Source of the DNA: Minisyncoccota bacterium
GTDB taxonomy: Bacteria; Patescibacteriota; Minisyncoccia; Phycocordibacterales; UBA918
NCBI GenBank assembly: GCA_041688155.1
Contig: JBDNIW010000005.1
Span: 1-64,000, forward strand
Direction: 5' to 3'
DNA length: 64,000 nt
Shown: positions 1-9,049 of the stretch, piece after piece
Layout: the number at the start of each line of letters is the position of its first letter
Position numbering within the stretch: the first letter of the stretch is position 1
The notes under the pieces: model-generated
Seen by the model: the letters and a program-made list of their open reading frames with translations, nothing else
What the model was told of the DNA's origin: nothing
Database searches by the model: none
Made by a program: the position numbers and the translations under genes

Positions 1-95
1 CGGGACACCCCTCACTTGTTCGCAGGCTCACAGCGCTCCGGCGTTCGATTCCCTCCGTAAGCAAAACTTTTTGCTTACTCCACCCGCCCACGAAA

Positions 96-121
96 AAAGA
101 CCCTCAGGGGTCTCTTTTCTT
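96..121. terminator. Bidirectional intrinsic terminator
   Basis: Hairpin gaccctcaggggtc with an A-run on one side and a T-run on the other, directly downstream of the tRNA-Gly 3' end. Confidence 0.55.
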
Positions 122-123
122 TG

Positions 124-194
124 TGCGGGTGGAGGGAATCGAACCCTCACATTCAGCTTGGAAGGCTGACATTCTACCACTAAATTACACCCGC
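124..194 (-). tRNA. tRNA-Gly (anticodon TCC)
   Basis: The reverse complement folds as a 71-nt cloverleaf: acceptor GCGGGTG/CACCCGC, anticodon stem TCAGC/GCTGA with loop CTTCCAA, T-arm GAGGG-TTCGATT-CCCTC. Confidence 0.85.
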
Positions 195-260
195 TTTTGA
201 AGCTTCACAATCCTACCACACCCACTCCCAAATTCAACCAAACTGCTATACTGCACCCAT

Positions 261-545
261 ATGCCTACACCATCCACCATTGATAAACTAGAAGGAGAGA
301 TTCATAGACTGACTGAGGCTAGCAGCAATGTTACTGAGCACGCTCGAGGGTTGCGCAACTCTACCTTTGCGCGGTTTCCGATTATTTTTACCTTGCTGAC
401 CACTTTTGGTTTGGTGGCGACACTCTATGGGTTCGAGAAAGTGATTGACCGGATTGATTTCTTTACGGCCTATCCAGAGGTACTCTTGCTGATTGGCCTC
501 GTGACGTTGGCTGGGACTGGTACGCTGTACAAAAAGCTCCGCTAG
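261..545 (+). CDS. Small hypothetical membrane protein (94 aa)
   Basis: ORF with a hydrophobic C-terminal half; I recognise no motif. Confidence 0.35.
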   Translation: MPTPSTIDKLEGEIHRLTEASSNVTEHARGLRNSTFARFPIIFTLLTTFGLVATLYGFEKVIDRIDFFTAYPEVLLLIGLVTLAGTGTLYKKLR

Positions 546-566
546 CCTGGATGCTATACTTTTACT

Positions 567-1655
567 ATGTCTTTTCTTACCGATACTTTGGTCGCTGTGC
601 TGACCGTTTATATTTCTTTTACCAACACGTTTGCGGTTGCGGTCACCGATTGGTTCACCCCGGCCTCATCTGAGCAGTTTGTAGCAATCGAGCCGGTAAC
701 CCAAACGGATGAAAAGCTGACAACACTACCATCAAGGTTCTCCTCTATCCCTGACTTGCTGCGACAAAGCGTCCAGTACCAACAAGCAACCGTCATTGGA
801 GCAGACGGATTGTCCGCCCCAACGGTGACCGACCCGATTGAGGCAATTGTAAATATTTTTTGTACCTTCCGCAGTAGCGGTTCAATCAAAACCACCACCG
901 GTACCGGGTTTTTTATTGACGCTGACGGGGTGATTATGACCAATGCGCACGTGGCGCAGTTTCTGTTGCTCGCTGAGGCTGAACGCGCTGGCGACGCTGA
1001 GTGCATCGTTCGTGGGGGCAATCCAGCCAGCCCTTTGTACACCGCAGCGCTACTCTACATACCCCCAGCCTGGGTGCTCGAGAACGCCGCTGTACTCAAT
1101 GACGAGCAGCCGATGGGCACCGGCGAGCGTGACTACGCACTGCTCTACGTCGATGGGACAGTGAACAACCAACCACTGCCGGCCACCTTCCCCGCCCTAC
1201 CGTTCTCAAGTGAGCTACTTTCTACCCGCATCCGTAACGCGGGCATCGTCGTGGCTGGCTACCCCGCTGGTGACCTGCTCGCCCGCGGGTCGTTGGTTGA
1301 CCTGATTCCTCACTCGGCTGACACGAGCATTTCTGAGTTGTTTACCTTTGGTTCCAACCGGGCAGATGTGTTTTCTATTCGCGGCAGTGTTGTTGGTGCT
1401 CAGGGAGCGTCTGGTGGACCAGTACTCAATGCAGCGGGTGAAGTCATCGGTATGATTGCCACCCGCGGAGATGATGCGGTTGATGGGGCGGGTAGTCTAC
1501 GGGCCATCACTCTGTCACACGTGCACCGGACGATGCTGCAGGAGACAGGGTTTAGTTTAGCTGAGAATCTCGACGGGAACTTGGCCCTGCGCTCCCAGGT
1601 GTTTGCCGACACACTCACTCCATTTTTGTTGTCAATTCTACAAACCGCGCAGTAG
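567..1655 (+). CDS. Trypsin-like (S1/HtrA-like) serine protease, no PDZ domain
   Basis: His motif GVIMTNAHV and Ser motif GASGGPV (GDSGGP-like). Hydrophobic N-terminus. Confidence 0.7.
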   Translation: MSFLTDTLVAVLTVYISFTNTFAVAVTDWFTPASSEQFVAIEPVTQTDEKLTTLPSRFSSIPDLLRQSVQYQQATVIGADGLSAPTVTDPIEAIVNIFCTFRSSGSIKTTTGTGFFIDADGVIMTNAHVAQFLLLAEAERAGDAECIVRGGNPASPLYTAALLYIPPAWVLENAAVLNDEQPMGTGERDYALLYVDGTVNNQPLPATFPALPFSSELLSTRIRNAGIVVAGYPAGDLLARGSLVDLIPHSADTSISELFTFGSNRADVFSIRGSVVGAQGASGGPVLNAAGEVIGMIATRGDDAVDGAGSLRAITLSHVHRTMLQETGFSLAENLDGNLALRSQVFADTLTPFLLSILQTAQ

Positions 1656-1728
1656 CTAATTGCAGACACTCAAAAAGCGGCGCCTACCGGCGCCGCTTTT
1701 TGAGTGTCTCTTGTCTCCCGGCCACCAA

Positions 1729-2838
1729 CTAACCAATAGTCTTGGTGTAAATAGTCTGGGTTGGGTAGGCGAAATCAATCCCCCGTTCAGCAAACTCTTT
1801 CATCAGGGTAAAGTTAAACGTTTGTTGGATATCGAGATAGTCAGCGTATTCAGCCGACTCAACGTGGTATACCACGTCAAACAGTAGGGCTGAGTCAGCA
1901 AACGTCGTAAAGTGCACCCGGTCGAGCCTCGCACCCTCTATGGCTGCAAACGCTCGCTCGACAATACTGTTGACTTGCTCCACTTGCTCGCGCGGGGTTT
2001 CGTAGGTGATACCAAACTGGGACGCAATCCGACGTTCAGCCATTTTTCTGAAATTCTGCACGCGGACGCTAGTGAGCTCGTTGTTAGCCACAACCAACTC
2101 TTCACCCTGCAGGGTTCGGATTCGGGTGGATTTGATGCCAATTTTCTCCACGTTACCCGAATCAGTCCCCAGCACAACGTAGTCACCAATCCGAAATGGT
2201 TTATCAAAGTAAATCGAGAACGACGCAAACAAGTCAGTCAGCACACCTTGCAGCGCAAAGGCAATGGCAATCCCACCAATCCCTAGCCCAGCAATCAATG
2301 ATGTCACTTCAATTCCAACGTTCGACAAGACAAATATCGTCCCCATTACCCACAGCACGATACCAGCAATCATCGTAATCAGGTCAGACGCTGCGGCGGC
2401 GGCCGGATCTACCACCCCATCGCCATCCTCGTCGGTCTCGACGTAATTCGTAACACCATACCGGATAAAACAGTTGGCAATCTGAATCCCCTGCCACACA
2501 AACGTAAAATACAGTACCCCAGTGATGATTTGATCAGCGAGGGTAGGTAGGGTGTACAGCTGCAACGCGACGTAAAACGCAATCAAATTGTAGACCCAGG
2601 GACGTACGCTTTTGCTCGCCGCAACCAGCGTGTCGTCAAACTGCTGGGTGGTTTTCTGGGCCAGGGCATCAAGCCGAACAATCACCACTAGCCGAATAAA
2701 CCAAAACAGCACCGAAATCCCCACAAACAACCCTACCGCAATGGTCAGTTTCTGCACATCAATCTCCCCAAGTAACGGGATAGTTGCGGTAGCGGCGGGG
2801 ACCAGCTGCGACAGTGAGGTAAATAACGAATCAAACAT
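1729..2838 (-). CDS. MscS-family mechanosensitive channel
   Basis: TM helices followed by the conserved MscS beta-domain (FDKPFRIGDYV...IGIKSTRIRTLQGEELVVANNEL). The track ORF extends to 3093, but the likely start is the ATG at 2836-2838 (MFDSLF), after an upstream hairpin. Confidence 0.75.
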   Translation of the reverse strand: MFDSLFTSLSQLVPAATATIPLLGEIDVQKLTIAVGLFVGISVLFWFIRLVVIVRLDALAQKTTQQFDDTLVAASKSVRPWVYNLIAFYVALQLYTLPTLADQIITGVLYFTFVWQGIQIANCFIRYGVTNYVETDEDGDGVVDPAAAAASDLITMIAGIVLWVMGTIFVLSNVGIEVTSLIAGLGIGGIAIAFALQGVLTDLFASFSIYFDKPFRIGDYVVLGTDSGNVEKIGIKSTRIRTLQGEELVVANNELTSVRVQNFRKMAERRIASQFGITYETPREQVEQVNSIVERAFAAIEGARLDRVHFTTFADSALLFDVVYHVESAEYADYLDIQQTFNFTLMKEFAERGIDFAYPTQTIYTKTIG

Positions 2839-2929
2839 AAAATAGTTGCTACTGAGTAAATAGATACACAGTAACAAATGAACAGCATCATGCAAAGAAA
2901 AACGCGCCCGAGGGCGCGTTTGGGCGTTA

Positions 2930-3121
2930 TTACTCGAACGTACCGCCAGGACGACACTGCTCTGGAAAGTCTGGGTCAGCCGGGTCAGCCGGACACTGCG
3001 ATAGTCGAGACTCTGCGTCGATTTCACGTGTTGCCTGATCATCAGACGGAAAGGGCCTCCCATAGCTTCCAGACTGCCCTCTGGTGAGTACAAAATTGCC
3101 GATGCTTTTAGTTCTTGTCAT
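2930..3121 (-). CDS. Possible small protein (63 aa) upstream of the MscS gene
   Basis: An ATG preceded by a strong RBS (AGGAGGAG) at the right spacing; no recognisable domain. Confidence 0.25.
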   Translation of the reverse strand: MTRTKSIGNFVLTRGQSGSYGRPFPSDDQATREIDAESRLSQCPADPADPDFPEQCRPGGTFE

Positions 3122-3443
3122 ATTCTTCTCTCCTCCTTCTTGTATAATCACCCCTCCCAATTCGGGTAGTGATCCGCTCGCTTAGTTGCAAGTCGGTGGC
3201 AAGATAAATCGTTGTTTATTCTGCCACCGACCGACAATCCCTGAAACCAACACGACTCACCTGGTGGGCGAGTCGTTTTGGTTTAGGATTCTTGATCTAT
3301 ATACCAACCGACCCGCCGTAAGCGAGAAGCACCAGTACAAACAAGACAAACTGTGACCGGCGGCTGTCTGTACTCATGATGGTGGCATATGTCTGGGTCA
3401 TATAAATAATATACGCTGAGGCTTATCGCCTGTCAATTTGTGA

Positions 3444-4823
3444 CTAGGTAGTAGTGGCTGTGGTGGTAGGAGTAGTAGTGCCAACGGCAGAGGCAGGCGT
3501 CGTGGTACTCACCGTTGTCGTCGCAGCAGCCACTGGCACGGCAACAGCTGGTGCCACCGGTCTGCCATCAACACCAACGAGTGTCAGCGCGTCGGCCGCC
3601 AGGGCAAGCGACTGGTCGCTCTGTCGGATGAAGTCTTGGTAGACCGTCATAGTCTGGAGTTGGGGCAGATCGACTGCTAGCTGGTGCAGTACAGCGTTTG
3701 CTTTAGCGAGGATGTCTTGGTCAGTGACGGTAGTGACGGCCGTGGTGAGCTGGCTGATGGCGTTAGTCAGCTCAGTCTGGCGCTGTGACCGTTCAACTGC
3801 CATCTCGTCTGCGGTCAGCACTACCGGTACGACTGACTCGATCGCGACCTGCTCACGCACCGCGAGGTTTGTCATAAAAACAATCAACTTTTGCGTCCGC
3901 ACCAGGACGTCGACGAGCGCTTCACGGGCAGCCAGTTCAGTGTCTGGGGTTCCCGCTTGAGTAATAGCCGTGCTGATAGTCCGGTCAATATCCTCAATCC
4001 GACGCGTGACATCTACTAGTCCTTGGTTAGATACTGAACCGTCTAGTGAGTTCAGCAGCTCCCGCACGCGGGTGGTGTTCATTTCTACCCGGGCCATCAA
4101 TTTGTTGTACGCTGGGACGGCGGGCGTCTGGGTCTCAGGGTCTTTGACCAGAGACGCGTCAATTGCATTTCCAATCAAATCGCCGGGCTGGGCAGCGGTG
4201 CCGTCAACATCGTTCCGGTTAAGCGATTGGGCTTGGACCCGCAAACTAGAATCAAACGCGATGGTCGCAATAGTGGCTCCGTCTGCGTCAGAAGCACGCA
4301 AGACTTCGATCTCACGTTTGGCGTTATCACTGTGGACTTTGACTGCTGCTGCGACAGATGCCTCTACCTCAGTGGTCAGTAGGCCTTCATCTGCGAGCAG
4401 ACGTGCTTCGGCAATCCGACGGTTGAGGCGGGTGGTTTCCCATTCGACTTTTTCGTAACTACCCCAGGTGAGTGTGCTGCGGACTTCTTCATTAAATTGC
4501 ACCTTGACCGCGTAGAGCGTGTCGCCAGGCACGGTTCGTTCAGCCATAAACGGAACAAACACCAGCACAAACACCGCCGCTACCCCACCGATTTTAAACA
4601 ACAGCTGGTATGGAATCATAAACTGTCCAAACGTATCGGTTAGGATTTGAGTGCGAGCAGCGTTCTTGATGCTTGAACCTTGCGCTTTTGCTACTTTCAT
4701 CGACGCTGGCAACGGGTGATACTCCATGTACGATACAACCCGTGCACGCAAATCAGCCTGTTCACTCTTTTTGAGTTTCACAGTCTGTGATTGTTTATGC
4801 AGTTGTTCGCTAAAGCGTTTCAT
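3444..4823 (-). CDS. Putative membrane-anchored anti-sigma factor with a large extracytoplasmic coiled-coil domain and a Thr/Ala/Pro-rich tail
   Basis: Sits immediately downstream of the ECF sigma gene, with the start ATG MKRFSEQ at 4821-4823 abutting the sigma stop. Topology is about 60 aa cytoplasmic, then one TM (IGGVAAVFVLVFVPFMA), then a long helical ectodomain. The anti-sigma role is inferred from context. Confidence 0.4.
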   Translation of the reverse strand: MKRFSEQLHKQSQTVKLKKSEQADLRARVVSYMEYHPLPASMKVAKAQGSSIKNAARTQILTDTFGQFMIPYQLLFKIGGVAAVFVLVFVPFMAERTVPGDTLYAVKVQFNEEVRSTLTWGSYEKVEWETTRLNRRIAEARLLADEGLLTTEVEASVAAAVKVHSDNAKREIEVLRASDADGATIATIAFDSSLRVQAQSLNRNDVDGTAAQPGDLIGNAIDASLVKDPETQTPAVPAYNKLMARVEMNTTRVRELLNSLDGSVSNQGLVDVTRRIEDIDRTISTAITQAGTPDTELAAREALVDVLVRTQKLIVFMTNLAVREQVAIESVVPVVLTADEMAVERSQRQTELTNAISQLTTAVTTVTDQDILAKANAVLHQLAVDLPQLQTMTVYQDFIRQSDQSLALAADALTLVGVDGRPVAPAVAVPVAAATTTVSTTTPASAVGTTTPTTTATTT

Positions 4824-4824
4824 A

Positions 4825-5484
4825 TTATATAGTTTTTTTGTCAGCGGCTCTTTTGCGGGCAGCACTCTTTCTCTTTTCGTCGGCAAATTCATCTTGGGCT
4901 TCGATTTTTTGCCGGAGCAGCTTGAGTCCGCGGTGGATCCGAACTGAGATGACATTTTCCTTCTCTTCGGTCAAGACACTCATTTCTTTGGGGCCGAGTC
5001 CGTCGACAAACCGCAGGATGAGGACTTCTTTGTACACGTCAGGGAGTTCTGCCATCAGTTCAAACGCTTTGCGACCGTCAATGGTGGCGGCCAGTGCTTC
5101 GGCCGAGCTTTCGGACAGTTCCTCGAACGATCCTTCGTCTATGCCGTCGATATCGAGCAACGCGTCGAGTGAGGCCTCTTTTTTCTTCCGATAGGTATCA
5201 ATAATGAGATTATTGAGTACTTTGTATAAAAACGGTCGGAATTGCTCGATATCGTAGCCCTTGCGCACATAAGACCACACTTTGGTGTACGTGTCATGGA
5301 CCAAATCAATCGCTTTTTCACGATCACTGATCCGCATACACGCGTGCCGAAACAGCGCATCGTTGTATAACTCATATGCATCAAGGAACCGCTGTTCGTG
5401 GCCACTCAGGTTATCAGTAGATTGCTCAGCTGCCATGTTGTGACCATTATACTCGAAGACGCACGAGTTAGCTAAAACTTTCAA
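4825..5484 (-). CDS. ECF-type sigma-70 family RNA polymerase sigma factor
   Basis: Region 2 (YELYNDALFRHACMRISDREKAIDLVHDTY) and region 4 HTH (LILRFVDGLGPKEMSVLTEEKENVISVRIHRGLKLLRQ). The real start may be the internal Met near 5436. Confidence 0.75.
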   Translation of the reverse strand: MKVLANSCVFEYNGHNMAAEQSTDNLSGHEQRFLDAYELYNDALFRHACMRISDREKAIDLVHDTYTKVWSYVRKGYDIEQFRPFLYKVLNNLIIDTYRKKKEASLDALLDIDGIDEGSFEELSESSAEALAATIDGRKAFELMAELPDVYKEVLILRFVDGLGPKEMSVLTEEKENVISVRIHRGLKLLRQKIEAQDEFADEKRKSAARKRAADKKTI

Positions 5485-5506
5485 GAGAAATACTCTGTGC
5501 TATGAT

Positions 5507-5914
5507 TTGTACATGTTTGAAAAATTACGAAATATGGCAGAAGCAGGTAACCAACGCGCTGCTGAGAATCTTGAAAGGGAACGAGCGCGAGGTAGAGAAC
5601 TTGATGCTGAATTAGAACAAGCAACCGCTGATGTTGCAGCTGCTGACGAAAGGCTAGCTAATATAGATCAAGAAATAGCAACGGATAAACAGGTAGTCCT
5701 TGATAGAATTACGCATTCAGAAGCTCGAATAGCGGCAGCGGAAGCTGCTGCAGCGCAGATTGAAACCGAACATCAAGAGAACATGGATCGTCACCGTGAA
5801 GATCTCAGATTAGCAGAACTGAATCTTGCAGCAGCCAAGGCAGAGAGACTTGAGGCTGAAAAAGGTCTTACAGAGACAGTGGAACGAATAGCTAATGATG
5901 GTTCTGTGGACTGA
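5507..5914 (+). CDS. Coiled-coil hypothetical protein, atypical codon usage
   Basis: Ala/Glu-rich heptad-like sequence. A/T-ending codons, unlike the neighbouring genes. Confidence 0.3.
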   Translation: MYMFEKLRNMAEAGNQRAAENLERERARGRELDAELEQATADVAAADERLANIDQEIATDKQVVLDRITHSEARIAAAEAAAAQIETEHQENMDRHREDLRLAELNLAAAKAERLEAEKGLTETVERIANDGSVD

Positions 5915-5929
5915 CGGGGTTAAAGTTGA

Positions 5930-6547
5930 CTAGCTTAAACCCCTAATCCGCTCCACCAATTCCGGCAATTCTTCCACCAAAAAGTGGTTTTTGTCGGTAA
6001 ATGTCACTAGTTCTGCCTCGGGCAGGGCCGCTTTATACTTGAGAGCGTGTTCATAGGGTACTATAAAGTCATCTGTGGAGTGCATCAGAATAATTTGTTC
6101 GGCTTTTCCAGACAGTTTTGACAGATCTTCATTTTTAAACCGAAAACTGCCAGAGTCTGCGTCGTAAAAACCTTCTTCTTGGACTGGGCACGACATAATA
6201 ATCAGTGCTTTTACTCGAAAAGACACTTCGTTTTCAGTGAAATAGCGAGTGAGAAACATCGCCCCTAGCGAACAACCGATCAAAATTACATCATCTCGCA
6301 AGTGTTCAAAATGTCGCTCAAACCAAATCTTCCATTCTTCGTACAGCGCATTGTTCTTGTTAGGCATCGCCGGCATAAACACTTCATACCCATCACCTAA
6401 ATCAGCCGCCAGGGTACCAGTCCATTTTTTAGATGATTGGGACGAAGGCAGGTCCCAAATATCTTTAGTTTGTAATCGTTCAATAAACCTAGAATGCGTT
6501 TCAAACGACTCTCCCCCATGAATATAAAATACTTGTTTCTTTTCCAT
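5930..6547 (-). CDS. Alpha/beta-hydrolase, YdeN/RBBP9-like serine hydrolase
   Basis: GxSxG nucleophile elbow (GCSLG) and a C-terminal His/Asp region; about 200 aa. Confidence 0.6.
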   Translation of the reverse strand: MEKKQVFYIHGGESFETHSRFIERLQTKDIWDLPSSQSSKKWTGTLAADLGDGYEVFMPAMPNKNNALYEEWKIWFERHFEHLRDDVILIGCSLGAMFLTRYFTENEVSFRVKALIIMSCPVQEEGFYDADSGSFRFKNEDLSKLSGKAEQIILMHSTDDFIVPYEHALKYKAALPEAELVTFTDKNHFLVEELPELVERIRGLS

Positions 6548-6553
6548 ACTCTA

Positions 6554-7477
6554 CTATAACCAATCGTTTCGTTTAAACAAGAACAACACCAGCGACACCA
6601 GCAGGACAATCGTGCCGAGCACCACTGCAAACGCCCAGGGTGACTGCATCCCTGGTAACGGCACGTTCATACCGTAGAGTGACGACACAATAGTGGGAAT
6701 CGTCAGGAGGATGGTGAGTACCGTAAGGGTCTTGATGCGATTGTTTAGGGTGTTTTGCAGGATCGCCTCGGCGGCACTGCGTACATTTTGGATGGTTTTA
6801 AGCACTGAACGGGCACTATCGACCAACTGGGCGTTGTCGATGGTAAGGTCTTCCATCAGTTCGTCGTCTTGGCTGTAAAACGGCAGCGCTCGGGTTTTGG
6901 TCACTTGCAACAGAGCGCTGTTGGTCGGTAATACAGCCGCAATCATGTCGTTGAGCTTGTTTTCATACGTCACAAACCGCACGATTTCGCGACTACCGAT
7001 CTGGCGCAGCTGCGCGCGGTCTTTGTGCACGGCGCGGCGCAGCTTGACCAACTCCTTCTCAAAGGAAACCACGATTTCTTGTAGGATTTGGATAAACAGC
7101 TTGGTTTTCTGCGTGGTATGAACCACGATAGTGCCTTCGAGCAGAGGTTTGAGCTGTGGCACAGCTCGCTGCGCGACCGTCAGCACAAACGACTCCCCGA
7201 CGCAGATCATCAGCGGCGCCGTCTCGGTATCCTCTTTTTTCTCGGCAAACGGGTAACGGGTAAAGAAATACGTCACACCAGCCGACCGTTCAAACCGTGG
7301 AACCTCGTAGAAATCCAGCGCATCCTCAATCAAAGCATCATCGAGCCCCAATTCCACAAATAGCTCCGTCAGCTCGATTTCAGTCGGTGCCACCGCATGA
7401 ATCCACACCCCAGAGCGAGTCTCAGTGACTTCTTTTAGTTCAGTATCTTTCAGGGTGCGGAAGTAGCGAGTGATCAT
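6554..7477 (-). CDS. corA: CorA magnesium/cobalt transporter
   Basis: C-terminal two TM helices with the signature YGMNV (GMN motif). Confidence 0.85.
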   Translation of the reverse strand: MITRYFRTLKDTELKEVTETRSGVWIHAVAPTEIELTELFVELGLDDALIEDALDFYEVPRFERSAGVTYFFTRYPFAEKKEDTETAPLMICVGESFVLTVAQRAVPQLKPLLEGTIVVHTTQKTKLFIQILQEIVVSFEKELVKLRRAVHKDRAQLRQIGSREIVRFVTYENKLNDMIAAVLPTNSALLQVTKTRALPFYSQDDELMEDLTIDNAQLVDSARSVLKTIQNVRSAAEAILQNTLNNRIKTLTVLTILLTIPTIVSSLYGMNVPLPGMQSPWAFAVVLGTIVLLVSLVLFLFKRNDWL

Positions 7478-8151
7478 ATGAGTTCTTTTTTGAGCTGTTC
7501 GAGGAATTGATGGAGGATTTCGGTTCGTTGCTGCGCAATTACCCTTGCGGTATCAGTGTGCAGTCGGTCTTTTGCAATTAGTAGTCGTTCGTAGAACAAA
7601 TCTAGGCTCTGTAATTTGGCATCAGCTTCTCTATTTTCAGCAAATGGGTCTGTGCGGTGATACAACGGTCGTCCCATCTGCCCACCTGAAGAAAAGGTGC
7701 GCATGATGGATACAGCCCCAGTAGCTTCTAACTTGTCTGCGTCACAGAGGATTTTTCCTTCGAGCGTTGCGGGAACTTCTTTCTTGTTAAACGAACAACC
7801 GGAAATCACTGCCATCACTTGGCTGATTTTCTCTTGCGGATAACCAGAGAGGTTTTCGAGCACATGTTTGGTTAAAACTGCACTTTCTGCTGGCGCTTGA
7901 TCGGATTTGGGGTCGTTTTTGGCGTAAATCACTACGTCATGCAGCAGTGCCGCCGGGATCAACACATCCAAATCTCCACCTTCGGCAGCAGCAATTTGCT
8001 CAACGTTTTTCAACACCTGCAACGCATGACTTCCATCATGACTGGGATCATTCCCCCGTTCATCAATAATATGTAACGCCTGATCAATTAGTTGCTGTTT
8101 GAGCGTGTTATTCATGCGGCTAGTATAGCAGACACCATCCTCGACTTGCAA
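7474..8151 (-). CDS. HD-domain phosphohydrolase
   Basis: H...HD motif (SHDGSH...ALLHDVV). The stop overlaps the corA start, suggesting an operon. Confidence 0.6.
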   Translation of the reverse strand: MQVEDGVCYTSRMNNTLKQQLIDQALHIIDERGNDPSHDGSHALQVLKNVEQIAAAEGGDLDVLIPAALLHDVVIYAKNDPKSDQAPAESAVLTKHVLENLSGYPQEKISQVMAVISGCSFNKKEVPATLEGKILCDADKLEATGAVSIMRTFSSGGQMGRPLYHRTDPFAENREADAKLQSLDLFYERLLIAKDRLHTDTARVIAQQRTEILHQFLEQLKKELI

Positions 8152-8180
8152 AAATGTATAATTTGTATATTATATACAGT
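8148..8180 (+). promoter_or_regulatory. Putative promoter/operator of the Phd-MazF module
   Basis: TGTATAAT (-10-like) followed by the perfect palindrome TGTATATTATATACA, directly before the antitoxin ATG. Confidence 0.4.
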
Positions 8181-8402
8181 ATGAAAAGCTACACAGCGAC
8201 TGAATTACGCAAAAAGTTCCACGAAGCCTACAACCAGGTGCGGTTTGGGGGTGAGGCTATCACGATCACCCACCATGGAGATGATTCTGTGATCATGATT
8301 CGTAAGGCTGACCTGTACCCAGAGCCAACCGCAGACGAGCTATTTACCGTTGCGCGCCACAGCGGCGTCTTTACTGATACTGACGACGTAATGTATGAGT
8401 AA
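8181..8402 (+). CDS. Phd/YefM-family antitoxin
   Basis: About 73 aa with a YefM-like N-terminal fold (YTATELRKKF...EAITITHHGDDSVIMI). Overlaps the downstream toxin by 8 nt. Confidence 0.55.
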   Translation: MKSYTATELRKKFHEAYNQVRFGGEAITITHHGDDSVIMIRKADLYPEPTADELFTVARHSGVFTDTDDVMYE

Positions 8403-8751
8403 TCAAACAGATCAATTGACTACTGTACTCCAAACCGGAGACATCGTACTAGCACCATTTCCGTTTGCCGATCATTCAATCACCAAACTGCGACCCGCTA
8501 TCCTCGTCAGTCAACTGCCACGCAGCGGATGGCTCGTCGTCTACATCACCTCCGCCGATAGCGACACCGCACCATACGACGTCCCCCTCAGTCCAGACAG
8601 CACTAATAACCTCAAAAAACCCTCAGTGGCAAGGGTGAACCGGATGACCGTCATTGCTGAAACCATGATTGTCCGGCACTTTGGACAATTGAGCCCTGCA
8701 GACAAAATCAATATACAGAGCAAACTACAGAGCATCAGTGCAGATTTTTAG
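8395..8751 (+). CDS. MazF/PemK-family toxin (mRNA interferase)
   Basis: GDIVLAPFPFAD...KLRPAILVS matches the PemK/MazF consensus GD(I/V)...FPF.D...K.RPA.V(I/L)S. Confidence 0.65.
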   Translation: MSNQTDQLTTVLQTGDIVLAPFPFADHSITKLRPAILVSQLPRSGWLVVYITSADSDTAPYDVPLSPDSTNNLKKPSVARVNRMTVIAETMIVRHFGQLSPADKINIQSKLQSISADF

Positions 8752-8780
8752 CTGTCCAACACCGAGTGTAGGACATGTTT

Positions 8781-8994
8781 CTACCCCAAAAACGCCAACG
8801 AGACCACCGAAAAAACTATCGCTACTACTTTCTGCCAGTTCATGTGTTCTTTGAAGAAAATAACCGCTAAAACAATCGGGATCAGGATATACATCGAGTG
8901 AATGGTCTGTACGACCGAGAGGCTTCCGCCCTCCGAAAAAGCAAACAGCATTAGCCAAGCTCCAGAGAAAGCGTTATGACCCGTGGTTAGCAGA
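8781..8994 (-). pseudogene. C-terminal remnant of an EamA/DMT-family transporter
   Basis: Minus-strand frame encodes ...SLSVVQTIHSMYILIPIVLAVIFFKEHMNWQKVVAIVFSVVSLAFLG*, which resembles the last TM pair of EamA domains. There is no in-frame start and an upstream in-frame stop. Confidence 0.35.
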
Positions 8995-9049
8995 TGTTAG
9001 ACACCGACTGGGGCCATATCAAAACTGCCCGACATGTGTCGGGCAGGGT

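Noticed and set aside
1-60. A tmRNA or tRNA 3' end at the window edge, because of GGCGTTCGATTCCCTCC.
   Set aside because: No acceptor pairing or CCA context is present. The segment is better explained as an inverted partial copy of the adjacent tRNA-Gly 3' half.
608-1164. ORFs 608-1042 (minus strand) and 943-1164 (plus strand).
   Set aside because: They are nested in, or antisense to, the serine protease gene, in alternative frames.
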